A stretch of 64,000 nt of DNA, taken from the IMG/VR virus record IMGVR_UViG_3300028569_002417, positions 62,001-126,000 of that record. One strand, 5' to 3'. The notes under the pieces were generated by a model. It saw nothing but the letters and a program-made list of their open reading frames with translations, was not told the origin of the DNA and searched no databases. The translations under genes were made by a program, and so were the position numbers. Of this stretch, positions 18,856 to 29,113 are shown piece by piece. Every line of letters starts with the position of its first letter. Position 1 is the stretch's first letter.

Positions 18856-19428
18856 TTAATTATTTTCGTCTAATTTCAATTGTTCTTTATCAATGAAAAA
18901 TGAATCATCAAGTTTAAGAAGTTGTTCAAGCGCAACTGCTGTCCACTCACGATACTTCATTGAATAATTGAATTGATTCCCTGCTAGTTCTTCTGTTAAT
19001 ACAAATGCCAACCAAGGCTTTCTTGTCTTTTTCCAACACATCATAGGCTTACGACCACAACGCTCACCATCACTTGTTGCTTGCTTCAAAAAATTATCTA
19101 ATTCACTATTGCCATTTATAAAAACAGAACTCATGTCGATGCTATCGTATCCGCCTTTGGATTCAATGACAAACTTGAATCCTTTCATGACTACGATATC
19201 ACCAGAGAAAACCTCTCTTGCGTGAGCAGGAAGAACAGCTTGACTCCATCTTGCCCCTGATCCAACAGTTCTGCTAAAAGGTTGACCAAATCGTTCAGTT
19301 AAAATCTTAGTCAAGTCTAGCTCTGTACGACTTCCTTTTTTCTTACCATTTACTTTTTTCTTTTTTTTATTTGCAAGAAGGCTATCGTCTTGAACAAAAT
19401 CATCATATTCTTCAAAGTCATGTTTCAT
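18856..19428 (-). CDS. Holliday junction resolvase (PD-(D/E)xK)
   Basis: KG..E, SG, GD, IESK motifs. Confidence 0.8.
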   Translation of the reverse strand: MKHDFEEYDDFVQDDSLLANKKKKKVNGKKKGSRTELDLTKILTERFGQPFSRTVGSGARWSQAVLPAHAREVFSGDIVVMKGFKFVIESKGGYDSIDMSSVFINGNSELDNFLKQATSDGERCGRKPMMCWKKTRKPWLAFVLTEELAGNQFNYSMKYREWTAVALEQLLKLDDSFFIDKEQLKLDENN

Positions 19429-19444
19429 AATTTAATTGAGTAGA

Positions 19445-20575
19445 TCATCGATTTATAATCACGCTCATCTCCTCTAATTCTTTTCTTTTACATTCTAAGT
19501 CTGCTAAAAGTTCTTCAAATTCAGTTTTGCTTATAGAATTTTCTTGTGCTAACTGCTCACAATATTGTCTGATATTATTTACAACATCAATAATTTGATC
19601 GCATTTTTTATCAAGTACATCAAGGCGTAAATTATTTGATTTAGGGATTTCTGGCATGATAATCTCATCTTGTTCGTCGAGATCAGTAATGAAGTCGCAA
19701 ATTGGTTCACCTTCTTTTATTTCAAATCTTTTACCGTCAAATTCCCAAGGAGAAGAATCTCCCTTTTGCACATTAAATTTCATGGCAGATTGAGCGTGAG
19801 ATTGTTGTTGATCAATTCTAAAACACCAAATTTGGTTCTCAGGAAATTCAATGATTTTTTGTGATTTCGATAAGCCCTTAAGAGTGCCGCATTCTTTTAT
19901 TGATTCTTCCCATATTGAAGGATCTGATATAAAAAATATTTGGCCCAAGCATTCTCTTGTGTCTATTATCCATAAAGGACGAAAAGAATTTCTAAAAAGC
20001 CAAAGCCAACGCTCTCCATTTGCTCCTCTTTTGCCAACAGCAACAGCCATATGCCCTTCATTGATCAGGCCATAGACATCCTTGATTCCCGAAAGAATTT
20101 CTGATGGTATACTTGGCTCATTGAATTCTTTTTCTTCTGCATTTTCAATGATTCTTAAAATTATCTCTGAGTCACAATTCGATTTAACAGCGTATTTTTT
20201 AACTAGTTCGTTGTATTCGCAATCATCAACACGACCATTATGAATCAGACCTATGGATTTATCATTGCTAACAAATGGATGATTGTTTGAATTATAAATT
20301 GGCTCTCCAACTCCTTTGGAAGCACCTCTAGCATGACAAAGAAGCATGTCTAAATTAAAATTTGAAAGATTTTTCCATATGTTTTTACGCACAAAATCTT
20401 TTGATCTTGTTGGCTCTTTATGAAAGTGGATCGCTCCTTCTATTCCTTTTTCAGTTCCATAGAATCCGCTAGCATCGATTCCTCTTGATTCACTTTTTTC
20501 AAAAAGTTTAGATATGATGTGGAATGTTACTAATGGCTTCTTGGACTCACCAATAAAACCTGCAAGACCGCAAAT
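19445..20575 (-). CDS. Class II (Ntn) glutamine amidotransferase domain protein with ATT start
   Basis: (I/M)CGLAG, RGIDASG, HAR.AS, NNHPF, HNG, DSE; open frame extends 61 codons upstream of the ORF-track start. Confidence 0.85.
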   Translation of the reverse strand: MCGLAGFIGESKKPLVTFHIISKLFEKSESRGIDASGFYGTEKGIEGAIHFHKEPTRSKDFVRKNIWKNLSNFNLDMLLCHARGASKGVGEPIYNSNNHPFVSNDKSIGLIHNGRVDDCEYNELVKKYAVKSNCDSEIILRIIENAEEKEFNEPSIPSEILSGIKDVYGLINEGHMAVAVGKRGANGERWLWLFRNSFRPLWIIDTRECLGQIFFISDPSIWEESIKECGTLKGLSKSQKIIEFPENQIWCFRIDQQQSHAQSAMKFNVQKGDSSPWEFDGKRFEIKEGEPICDFITDLDEQDEIIMPEIPKSNNLRLDVLDKKCDQIIDVVNNIRQYCEQLAQENSISKTEFEELLADLECKRKELEEMSVIINR

Positions 20576-20589
20576 AAGTCACCTCTTTT

Positions 20590-21177
20590 TTACATCGCAT
20601 CTAATTGGCCTGTGCTTCCACCAAGCGGAGGTGCTGCCATGTCTTGACCTGTTCCTCCTACTGGAGGAGTTCCATCAGGAGCGGCATCCATTGTTTCAGG
20701 AGCAGGAGGAGCGCCTGCTGCCGCTGGAGGAGGAGCAGGCGCAGCAGCTGGTGGCTGTGCTGGTACATTCTCAGTTGGCGATGTTGCTTTTGTTCCTTGA
20801 TTTTGATTTTTAGGACTTTCAGTTGGAGTTAGTTTGTTGATTGGAACACCCATATCGCCAACTAATTTTTCCAACAAACCAGCTGCTCCAGAAATAGCAT
20901 TTGGCAAGTCACTTTTCTCATCAATCGATTTCATTAAGGCCACACCAGCCTTTTGCAAAATAAGCAAATTAGGCTGTTCATCTTTTGGCCAACTACTATG
21001 CAAAACACGACGAATCAAAACAACAATACGCATGGCGTATTGAGTCAGATCTCTTGTTCCCATATTAGGAGCATCTTCCCGCAATTCTTGAAGTGCCGAA
21101 AGAATATCACCAACTTTTTGTGCCAAATAGACACTTGCTTCATTCAAAAGGAATGATTTGAATCCAAATTTCATCAT
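20590..21177 (-). CDS. Putative internal head protein with Pro/Ala-rich tail
   Basis: N-terminus MKFGFKSFLLNEA; ATAGATA 4 nt before the ATG. Confidence 0.65.
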   Translation of the reverse strand: MMKFGFKSFLLNEASVYLAQKVGDILSALQELREDAPNMGTRDLTQYAMRIVVLIRRVLHSSWPKDEQPNLLILQKAGVALMKSIDEKSDLPNAISGAAGLLEKLVGDMGVPINKLTPTESPKNQNQGTKATSPTENVPAQPPAAAPAPPPAAAGAPPAPETMDAAPDGTPPVGGTGQDMAAPPLGGSTGQLDAM

Positions 21178-22814
21178 GCTTTATCTATAGTTTGAACAAC
21201 ACTTTTATTTTTAACAGCAGCCGCTATTAATCCCTTAAAAAGAGGCGAAGCTGACAACAAACGAGACTTAAATTCAGGATGCGCTTGAGTACCAATAAAA
21301 TAAGGATGAATTGATTTATCCATCTCCATGATTTCTACCAGCCCCGATCCTGTACTTGCTCCAGAAATATGAAATCCTTTTTTTGAATACTGATCAGTAA
21401 ATTCATGATTTACTTCATATCTGTGCCTATGACGCTCATTAATTATTTTATTTCCATATAATTCTAAAGCTAAACTTTCTTTCTTTAATTCGCACTCATA
21501 AGCTCCAAGTCTCATATTGGCTGACTTCTTCTCTAATTTTTCCTGACCCTCAACAAAATGAACAACAGGATATTTGGTTTCTTTGTTAAACTCTAAACTG
21601 TTGGCATCTTCCATTAAACAAACATGTCTCGCAAATTCAATAACTGCCATTTGCAAACCCAAACAAATCCCCAAGAAAGGAATTTTTCTTTCTCGAACAT
21701 ATTGTATGGCTTTAATTTTTCCTTCTGTACCACGGTTATCAAAGCCACCCGGAACAACTATCCCATCCAATCCTTCAAAATACTTATGAAGACCACGACT
21801 GTCTTTGTATTTTTCTAATTCTTCTGCCTTAATCCAACGAATATTTACCTTTACATCATTCGCTACACCAGCATGTATCAAAGCTTCTTTGAGACTCATG
21901 TAAGCTTCATCGCAATTATCATATTTGCCAAATACGCCAATTTCAATTGCCTTTTCATGATTACCAACATATTTTTCAACAACATCACGATACTTGTGAA
22001 TACGACAAGAGCTTCTATTAAGCCTAAATAAGTCAACAAACAAATCATCAATATGACGATTGTAAAATTCTAAAGGAACCTGATAGATGCTTGAAACATC
22101 AGGTGCCTCAAAAATACATTCTCTTTTTACATTTGTTTGCTGACTTATTTTAGTCAAAATCTTTTCTGGCACTTGTCTATCAACACGACAAAAAATTGCA
22201 TCTGGCTGCAATCCATGACGCTGTAATTCCTTAACAGCATTCTGCAATGGCTTACTCTTGAATTCTTTAATGGTATTGACCCAAAGAATGGGAGCGACCA
22301 TGACAACTAAAACATCATCTTTAAGCTTTTGCTTAAATTGACGCATAGCCTCAAAAAAAGCATAACTTTCACTGTCTCCAACAGTTCCACCAATTTCTGC
22401 AATCACTACATCTTTGTCTTTGCCAAGATCAAGAAGTCTTTCATGAACCTTATCTGTGATGTGTGGGCTAAGTTGAAGAGTTTGGCCTAAATACTTTCCT
22501 TCTTCTTGCTCTTCAACGAGTTCCTTGTAGAGTGTTCCAGAAGTACAAATGTTATTTTTGCTCATATTTATCCCGGCAATTCTTTCATAATGGCCGAGAT
22601 CGAGATCTGTTTCTGTCCCATCGTCACAAAGAAAGCATTCGCCATGCTCACGAGGAGCTAAAACACCAGCATTTGTATTCAAATATGGATCAAATTTAAT
22701 TAAATTAATTCTATGTCCACGAAATTTAAGCAAAAGGCCGATACTTGCAGCAGAAACCCCTTTTCCTGTACCACTAATTACTCCACCGACTACAATAATA
22801 TACTTGCAGGACAT
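21174..22814 (-). CDS. pyrG: CTP synthase
   Basis: GGVISG.GKG, DPYLN, ETDLDLGHYER, EIGGTVGD, GICLG, RHRHRYE, HPEF. Confidence 0.98.
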   Translation of the reverse strand: MSCKYIIVVGGVISGTGKGVSAASIGLLLKFRGHRINLIKFDPYLNTNAGVLAPREHGECFLCDDGTETDLDLGHYERIAGINMSKNNICTSGTLYKELVEEQEEGKYLGQTLQLSPHITDKVHERLLDLGKDKDVVIAEIGGTVGDSESYAFFEAMRQFKQKLKDDVLVVMVAPILWVNTIKEFKSKPLQNAVKELQRHGLQPDAIFCRVDRQVPEKILTKISQQTNVKRECIFEAPDVSSIYQVPLEFYNRHIDDLFVDLFRLNRSSCRIHKYRDVVEKYVGNHEKAIEIGVFGKYDNCDEAYMSLKEALIHAGVANDVKVNIRWIKAEELEKYKDSRGLHKYFEGLDGIVVPGGFDNRGTEGKIKAIQYVRERKIPFLGICLGLQMAVIEFARHVCLMEDANSLEFNKETKYPVVHFVEGQEKLEKKSANMRLGAYECELKKESLALELYGNKIINERHRHRYEVNHEFTDQYSKKGFHISGASTGSGLVEIMEMDKSIHPYFIGTQAHPEFKSRLLSASPLFKGLIAAAVKNKSVVQTIDKA

Positions 22815-22882
22815 TACAATCACCTCTGCCTCTAAAAGAGTAGAAACAGCCTAACAAAGACCAATAAAATTAACAAGTCTAA

Positions 22883-23515
22883 CTATTTCTTGGCGTAAAT
22901 CATGTAACAGCAAGTTTCTAAATGCAATTTCTCAAGAATACATTCATAACCTAATCTGGCAAATTTATCAACCATCCCAATGGCAAATTCACATTCTTTT
23001 GTTTTATCACAAAATAAACCACAAGTATGAACCTCTATCGCCCATTGCCTAACCATCTTAATGTTTTCATCAGACTCATTCAAAACAAACGCAAATTCAA
23101 ATCCTTCAATGTCTAATTTAAGGAAATCAATTTTTGATAATTTGAATTTTTCTATGATGTATTTTAGATCAATTGTTTCTATAAAGCCATTTTGACCAGT
23201 AACTTTTACATCTCTGTGGCAAACAAATGCATTTACAGGTGTAATTTTTTTATATTTTTTACAATTTTCTTTCAAATATTGATAAGTTTCCTTGTTTGAC
23301 TCAAATGAAATAATTTTTTTTGCCTTTTTTTCAAGAGCAAGCAAGGAGAATAATCCAATGCTGGCACCCAGATCTAAAACAACATCGCCTTCTTTTATTT
23401 CAAGTCCATGCCTGAAATATTCTTTATCTTCCCAAATTTCCCTATAATATTTTTCATAATTTAATTTTATATCATCGTTCCAATTTTGATTGATTTGAAA
23501 ATTTGAAAATTGCAT
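22883..23515 (-). CDS. FkbM-family methyltransferase
   Basis: VLDLGASIG, IDFLKLDIEG.E, IEVH. Confidence 0.88.
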   Translation of the reverse strand: MQFSNFQINQNWNDDIKLNYEKYYREIWEDKEYFRHGLEIKEGDVVLDLGASIGLFSLLALEKKAKKIISFESNKETYQYLKENCKKYKKITPVNAFVCHRDVKVTGQNGFIETIDLKYIIEKFKLSKIDFLKLDIEGFEFAFVLNESDENIKMVRQWAIEVHTCGLFCDKTKECEFAIGMVDKFARLGYECILEKLHLETCCYMIYAKK

Positions 23516-23528
23516 AACTATTTCCCTT

Positions 23529-23561
23529 AAAAATATTTGCCGTCACTAAGACGGCAAATAT
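23529..23561 (-). terminator. Terminator after nrdA
   Basis: ATATTTGCCGTC-5-GACGGCAAATAT perfect 12-bp stem. Confidence 0.8.
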
Positions 23562-23592
23562 GAATTGTTGATCTAAAACAATAACTTAAAAA

Positions 23593-25236
23593 TTACTCGC
23601 AGCTTTTGCACTCAAGAATATTTCGTGCAAATGTTTGAGCCGCATTCACGGAAATTTGATAATACAATGACTTAATACCCATTCTCCAAGCCTCAACCAA
23701 CAAAGTATTAACATCCTTAGTTGAAATACTTGGATGGATCATTAAGTTAAGCGATTGGCCTTGATCAATAAACTGTTGTCTCTGTGCTGCCTGAATGATA
23801 ATTTCCTTTGGACTGATTTCAGCAAATGTCTTGAAAACATCCTTTTCCTTTTCTGAAAGGAAATCAAGATGCTGAACACTTCCTCCATTCATAAGAATGT
23901 TCTTCCAGACATCATCAGTGTCTTTGCCCTTTTCCTTCAATAACTTCTCAAGTTCAATATTCTTAATCGTGAATTTGCCTTTCTGCAAATCCTTGATGTA
24001 ATAGTTTGTCCTGTGTGGCTCAATACCCTCTGAAACTTGACCTAGAATGAACGCAGATGACTTGGTGGGTGCAATTGCCATTAAGGTTGTATTACGCCGC
24101 CCATAGCCCTTACAGACTTCAGGTTCACCATATTCTTGAGCCAACTTTGCACTTGCGGCATAAGCCTTCTCTTTGATGTTCTTGGCAACTTGAGTGTTAA
24201 TCAACTTAGCTTCCATGCTCTCCCAAGGAATCATCTTGCTCTGCAAGTGACTGTGCCATCCAAGCCAGCCTATGCCTAAAGCACGATGTCTTTCTGCAAA
24301 GCGAACAGTTCGCTCCATGAACTTGATTTGTTTAGCTTTATCGATGAATTCAGTCATAACTGCATCGAGGAAGTAAGTCATCAATTCAACAGCATCAGTA
24401 TCTTTCCACTCATCGTAATGCAAAATATTCATGCTACTGAGATCACAAACAAATGATTCCTCTTCATTATCCGGCAATAAAATTTCAGAGCAAAGGTTGC
24501 TATGTGTTATCTTAATTCCTTTATCTTTATAACAATCAACAGTATTGTTGTTAGCATTGTCAATAAAAATTATATAAGGATATCCAAGATTAGATCTTGA
24601 TTCCAACACTTTAGCCCAAACCTTACGTTTGTCTGCATCTCCATCAATCATTTCCTGCATCCAATAATCTGGGACGCATACTCCAAATGATAAGTCTTGA
24701 ATTGGACATCCTTCATGTCTTAACTGTAGAAATTCTAGAATATCAGCATGATCGATAGGAAGATAAGCCGCAAAATTTCCACGTCGAGTCCTGCCCTGAG
24801 ACACAACATTAATCAGGTTGTCAAAGGCTTGCATAAAATGAACAGAACCAGAGCTTTCACCGTTTTGCTTAATCTTAGCGCCACGAGGTCTAAGGTTTCC
24901 AAAATATCCACTTGTTCCTCCGCCATGCTTAGTCATCATGGCGACTTCAGCCCAAGTGAATGCAATTGAATCCATAGAATCGCTTATAGAACTCCCAAAG
25001 CATGAAATCGGCAATCCTCGATCATTGCCAAAGTTTGTCCAGATAGGAGTGGAAAAACTATACCAACCCTTTTTGAAATTATCTTGAAAACGCTTTGCAA
25101 ATCCCTGTTTTTTCAGGATTTTTTCAGCAGCGTTGCAAATTTCCGTAACACGCTCATCGACACTTTGACCCTCAACGAGATAATCTCGTTCGAGAAAAAT
25201 GCGTGATAAATCAGTAAGCCATCTGTAATCTGACAT
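23593..25236 (-). CDS. nrdA: Ribonucleotide reductase alpha subunit (short, no ATP cone)
   Basis: PISCF, SNLCSEI, APT.SS, DQGQS.N, KSLYY, C-terminal CKSCE. Confidence 0.97.
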   Translation of the reverse strand: MSDYRWLTDLSRIFLERDYLVEGQSVDERVTEICNAAEKILKKQGFAKRFQDNFKKGWYSFSTPIWTNFGNDRGLPISCFGSSISDSMDSIAFTWAEVAMMTKHGGGTSGYFGNLRPRGAKIKQNGESSGSVHFMQAFDNLINVVSQGRTRRGNFAAYLPIDHADILEFLQLRHEGCPIQDLSFGVCVPDYWMQEMIDGDADKRKVWAKVLESRSNLGYPYIIFIDNANNNTVDCYKDKGIKITHSNLCSEILLPDNEEESFVCDLSSMNILHYDEWKDTDAVELMTYFLDAVMTEFIDKAKQIKFMERTVRFAERHRALGIGWLGWHSHLQSKMIPWESMEAKLINTQVAKNIKEKAYAASAKLAQEYGEPEVCKGYGRRNTTLMAIAPTKSSAFILGQVSEGIEPHRTNYYIKDLQKGKFTIKNIELEKLLKEKGKDTDDVWKNILMNGGSVQHLDFLSEKEKDVFKTFAEISPKEIIIQAAQRQQFIDQGQSLNLMIHPSISTKDVNTLLVEAWRMGIKSLYYQISVNAAQTFARNILECKSCE

Positions 25237-26210
25237 TAGAATAAATCCTCCGCTGTAAACGACTTCGTGAACTTACTGTAAGTGACTGGTTTCTTGTGGA
25301 AGAAATCAGTATTCACTTCGGCATGAATTTCGTCTTCAAACCACTTCAAATCCTTCAGTTTTTCCATATCAACATCGAAGTGCTTTTCGGCACCAATCAT
25401 TGCCAAACTCTCGTTGAAGCGATGTTTAACGAATTCCTTCACTACATCCTTGGTAAGAAATGGTAAGTTGCCAGCCTCAAAAATCCAATCAACAATTTTT
25501 GATTCTGCTTCATAAGCCTTGGCGCAAGCTCTTTGAAGTTTCGCATAAAAATCGTCATTGAACCAATTTAGATGTTCCTTCTTAACTTGCTTGACTATGT
25601 AAACGCCAAGAAGCGCATGAATCGCTTCTTCTTTTTGAGTAGCTTGCACAACATTATCAATATCTTTCAAGCAATTCATATATTTGTTGAAAGATTTGAT
25701 AATTAAAAACTGAGAAAACAAACTTACGTTCTCAATGAATATGCTGAATAATGCCAATGTGAGAGTGTAGTTTTCGTTGCTATTATCTGAAGCACCTTTT
25801 AGATACTTTGTAAGATAATCGACTCTGCCTTGGATGACAGGATTTTGGAGTAATTGATCGAATTCATTATTCATCCCAAGAACTTCAAGAAGGTGGGAAT
25901 AAGCGTCAGCGTGACGAACTTCTGATTCACCAAATGTAACGCCTACTTGTTCAAATTCGGCTTTTGGGAATCTTTCTCCTAATTTTGTCCAAAATTTCTT
26001 GACCGAAATTTCAATCTGAGAAATGGCGAGCATAGCGTTCTTAAGAACATTTCTTTCGATATCATTTAGTTTAACATTAAAATCATGAATGTCACCTATG
26101 AAATTCCATTCACTTACAAGCCAATAGCTATGATTGATCGCATCTTTGTATCCGATGATTTCTGGGTACTCGAATGGCTTGAAAGCCACTCGTTTTTCAA
26201 AAATACTCAT
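25236..26210 (-). CDS. nrdB: Ribonucleotide reductase beta subunit, class Id-type
   Basis: E67, K71, E97, H100, Y104 counted from MSIFEK; EE.IH; DFF C-terminal motif. Confidence 0.95.
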   Translation of the reverse strand: MSIFEKRVAFKPFEYPEIIGYKDAINHSYWLVSEWNFIGDIHDFNVKLNDIERNVLKNAMLAISQIEISVKKFWTKLGERFPKAEFEQVGVTFGESEVRHADAYSHLLEVLGMNNEFDQLLQNPVIQGRVDYLTKYLKGASDNSNENYTLTLALFSIFIENVSLFSQFLIIKSFNKYMNCLKDIDNVVQATQKEEAIHALLGVYIVKQVKKEHLNWFNDDFYAKLQRACAKAYEAESKIVDWIFEAGNLPFLTKDVVKEFVKHRFNESLAMIGAEKHFDVDMEKLKDLKWFEDEIHAEVNTDFFHKKPVTYSKFTKSFTAEDLF

Positions 26211-26245
26211 ATTTTTCCTTCCCAACTAATCTGTTGGCGTCTCAA

Positions 26246-26274
26246 ATAATACTGGGAAATTATCTAAACATCAA
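26246..26274 (-). promoter_or_regulatory. Sigma70-like promoter of nrdBA
   Basis: TTGATG-17-TATTAT. Confidence 0.55.
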
Positions 26275-26301
26275 GATCTAAAAATACAAAAATAATTTTT
26301 A

Positions 26302-28344
26302 CTATACAACCAATTTTGTAAAACCATTTTCATGAACAAGATTAAGAACATCAGTGGTTTGTAGCATTCTTAAAAGATCTGCATCATGTGTTGTGACAAA
26401 GACTTGGCGATCTTCGCTGAGTTCACAAATCATGTTGTAAATTCCTATGTTCCCAACAGGATCAACATTGGTAGAAATTTCATCTAAAAACAATATTGAA
26501 GGAACAGAACCAGAGCTTATAGACATAATATGGGCAAAGGCCTGACTGACTGCTAGATTCAATCTTCTACGTTGTCCTGTTGACATAGCGAAGTAAATGT
26601 AAGGATCGCCATCAGGAGGATTTCTTTCGATCTTTTCATTCAATTCATTGTCAAATTTCAATGTGATTTTATTGTCGATCAAGAATTGAAGCCAATAATT
26701 GATGCGATTGTTGAGTTCTGGAATAATCCCATCAACAATCCATTTGCGAATCCCATTATCGCCAAATCCTGTGATCCAATAATCATAATAAGGAAGTTCA
26801 GCCTCTAAAGACTTTACTTCAGTCTCTTTTTCTGCGACAGCGTTTGTTGCTTTTTTAAGTTCTTCTTCATCATTCTCCATAATTTCCTTAAATGGACTTT
26901 CTCCTTCCAATTCTTTTTTCTTTTCAAAAATCTGATCTTTGAATTGTTGTATTTTCTGTTGAAGCAATGCTTCTTCGTTATCTGTTTTAGGTTCACGAAC
27001 CTTACTAGCTTCGACTAATTCTTTACGCCAAACAATTAAATCTTGATCAATTGCAGAAATTTGCTTGGTAAAGTTTGAAATATATTCCTTGATTTTATCC
27101 TGTTTTGCCTTAACAGCATCTGCCTTTACTTGAATTTCCTTGCCAGAAACAACTAGTTTTTGCAATTTCACATTTATATCATTTATATCTTTTTGAAGTT
27201 TATCGATATATTCGTTTATATTTTCTTCCAGAATTTCACCTTTACATTTATCGCATCTAGTTCCGACCTCATTGGCCTTGAGTTTAGCTATTTCTTTTTC
27301 TTTTTCTTGTCTATTTCCAATTAAAATTTTGCTATTGCGAGCAACCTCTTGATACTCTTCATGAATACTTTGAGCTTCGATTTTGATTTCAGAATCTTTA
27401 TTCTTTGCTAATTGGAATTTAGATTCCAATTCTTGTTTAGATTTTTCTTTTTCTGGCATTTTTTCATTGATGGACTTGATGCTTTCTTGAGCTTTTTCAT
27501 AAGCTAAAACGGCAGCGCCGTTGTCTGATGAGCCAAGCATTTTTATAAATCTATCAGCACTGGCAATCAGATTGCTTATTTCATTTTTCTTATCTTCACG
27601 CCATTTTCCTTCTTTTTGTTTGGTTAAGGCCAAGCGTCTTACAGCATCATCTTTACTGTTCACGAACAATGTATATTCTTTTGCCTTAATGTCAATTTTA
27701 CTTTTAATTTCCTTGCGAAGTGTTTTGGCATTTTCAAACCATTCTCGATAAACGCCCAGAGAAAGCATATTCTCAACTATTTCTTTTTTTTGTTTGCTTT
27801 CACATTCAAGAAAACATGCTCTTTGATCATCGGTGAAAACAGACATGTTGATAAAAGCTTCATAGGAAAGACCAATTATTTCTTCTATTTTTTTCTGTGT
27901 AAGGGACATTGTTCCTTGTGTGATTTCAGTGTTTTTATCCCAAACAGCTTCTTTGCTTTCCCAAAGGCGCAATGAGTTCTTGGTGTCTTTTCCACCTTCT
28001 TTTCTTGTTCTAATGATGCGAATGTCATCAAAGATTAATTCAACTTTAGCATCTTTGCCAATTTTGTTATGAACTACATCATTTGCGCCTAATTTTTCTG
28101 GTCTTTTAACAGTTTTTCCAAAAAGCCCATATGATATTATTTCTTGGATGCTGCTTTTACCTGTTCCGTTGCTGCTTATTTTCATTTCATCGGAAAGTAA
28201 AGATGAATCAATCTTTTTAGCGTCACGGTTTTCGCCACGAACTAAAACTATATTTTGATAATTATCAAAATGAATATTTATTCCTTCTGGTCCGAATGGA
28301 AGAAAGTTATATGCAGCAGCAAATTTGAATTTAAGATTTTTCAT
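26302..28344 (-). CDS. sbcC: SbcC/Rad50/gp46-like ATPase
   Basis: NGTGKS, coiled coil with CDKC hook, STGQ, LFLDE, TTH; probable start MKNLKF. Confidence 0.95.
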   Translation of the reverse strand: MKNLKFKFAAAYNFLPFGPEGINIHFDNYQNIVLVRGENRDAKKIDSSLLSDEMKISSNGTGKSSIQEIISYGLFGKTVKRPEKLGANDVVHNKIGKDAKVELIFDDIRIIRTRKEGGKDTKNSLRLWESKEAVWDKNTEITQGTMSLTQKKIEEIIGLSYEAFINMSVFTDDQRACFLECESKQKKEIVENMLSLGVYREWFENAKTLRKEIKSKIDIKAKEYTLFVNSKDDAVRRLALTKQKEGKWREDKKNEISNLIASADRFIKMLGSSDNGAAVLAYEKAQESIKSINEKMPEKEKSKQELESKFQLAKNKDSEIKIEAQSIHEEYQEVARNSKILIGNRQEKEKEIAKLKANEVGTRCDKCKGEILEENINEYIDKLQKDINDINVKLQKLVVSGKEIQVKADAVKAKQDKIKEYISNFTKQISAIDQDLIVWRKELVEASKVREPKTDNEEALLQQKIQQFKDQIFEKKKELEGESPFKEIMENDEEELKKATNAVAEKETEVKSLEAELPYYDYWITGFGDNGIRKWIVDGIIPELNNRINYWLQFLIDNKITLKFDNELNEKIERNPPDGDPYIYFAMSTGQRRRLNLAVSQAFAHIMSISSGSVPSILFLDEISTNVDPVGNIGIYNMICELSEDRQVFVTTHDADLLRMLQTTDVLNLVHENGFTKLVV

Positions 28345-28377
28345 GTCAAGCCTTGCCGGTGATGAAAACAACGATTG

Positions 28378-28406
28378 AACTTAACACGGCAAGGCTAAAA
28401 AATCAA
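28378..28406 (-). promoter_or_regulatory. Sigma70-like promoter of sbcC
   Basis: TTGATT-17-TAAGTT with extended TG. Confidence 0.45.
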
Positions 28407-28414
28407 GCTTTTTA

Positions 28415-29110
28415 TCAACTAATGAATAGTTTTCTTGATAATTTTATTTTATTGGAAATTTCATATGACTTGAAAATATCGGAATATCTTTCATAGAACA
28501 TCAAATTTTTTCTTAGAGCAAGTTTTTTAAGTATTCCAGTTGGATGTATGACTGTTTGAACTTCTTCATGTAAGGATAAAAGTCCATTATTATCTTTAAG
28601 ATCTGGAACATTAATGCAGTTGAATTTATCATCGATGAATTTCACATCTGATGCGAAATATTTAACCATACATTCGACTTTATTTTCATCTTTCATGACT
28701 GAAGTTATTTTGTTTATAATGTCAAATTTTTGCCAAGCCTTGTTGCTTCCTGCTAAAAAACCGGGATTATTGTTTTTGACCATGATCATTTTGTCTTCAA
28801 TCAAATCGAAAACATGATCTATTTTTTCTTGAAACCAACAATCTGCGTCAAAATATGCAATATTGCCATCTAAATTTTTACTTAAATTTATTATGGAAGA
28901 TAAGGTAGCGTTCCTGATATTTGAATTATGGTTTTCTTTTTGAACTAATACGTCGATTTCATTTAATTTTTTTTTGGTATAATTATTCAGGCCAAAATCA
29001 ACAACAATAATTTTACATGATGTTTGAGATAATTCTTTCAATGAAGCAATCCATGAAATTCCCCATGGATTCCAATATTGATCATTCATGCCTGTTACGA
29101 TGAAATTCAA
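28415..29110 (-). CDS. GT-A fold (nucleotide-diphospho-sugar transferase-like) protein
   Basis: VVDFGL, YFDADCWFQ (DxD), N.GF.AG, IH. Confidence 0.65.
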   Translation of the reverse strand: MNFIVTGMNDQYWNPWGISWIASLKELSQTSCKIIVVDFGLNNYTKKKLNEIDVLVQKENHNSNIRNATLSSIINLSKNLDGNIAYFDADCWFQEKIDHVFDLIEDKMIMVKNNNPGFLAGSNKAWQKFDIINKITSVMKDENKVECMVKYFASDVKFIDDKFNCINVPDLKDNNGLLSLHEEVQTVIHPTGILKKLALRKNLMFYERYSDIFKSYEISNKIKLSRKLFIS

Positions 29111-29113
29111 TGG

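Noticed and set aside
23593-26210. Intron or intein in RNR
   Set aside because: Both ORFs are continuous and of minimal length
26222-26237. CCAAC/GTTGG hairpin as an nrdB RBS switch
   Set aside because: Only 5 bp, and the AAGGA SD lies outside the stem
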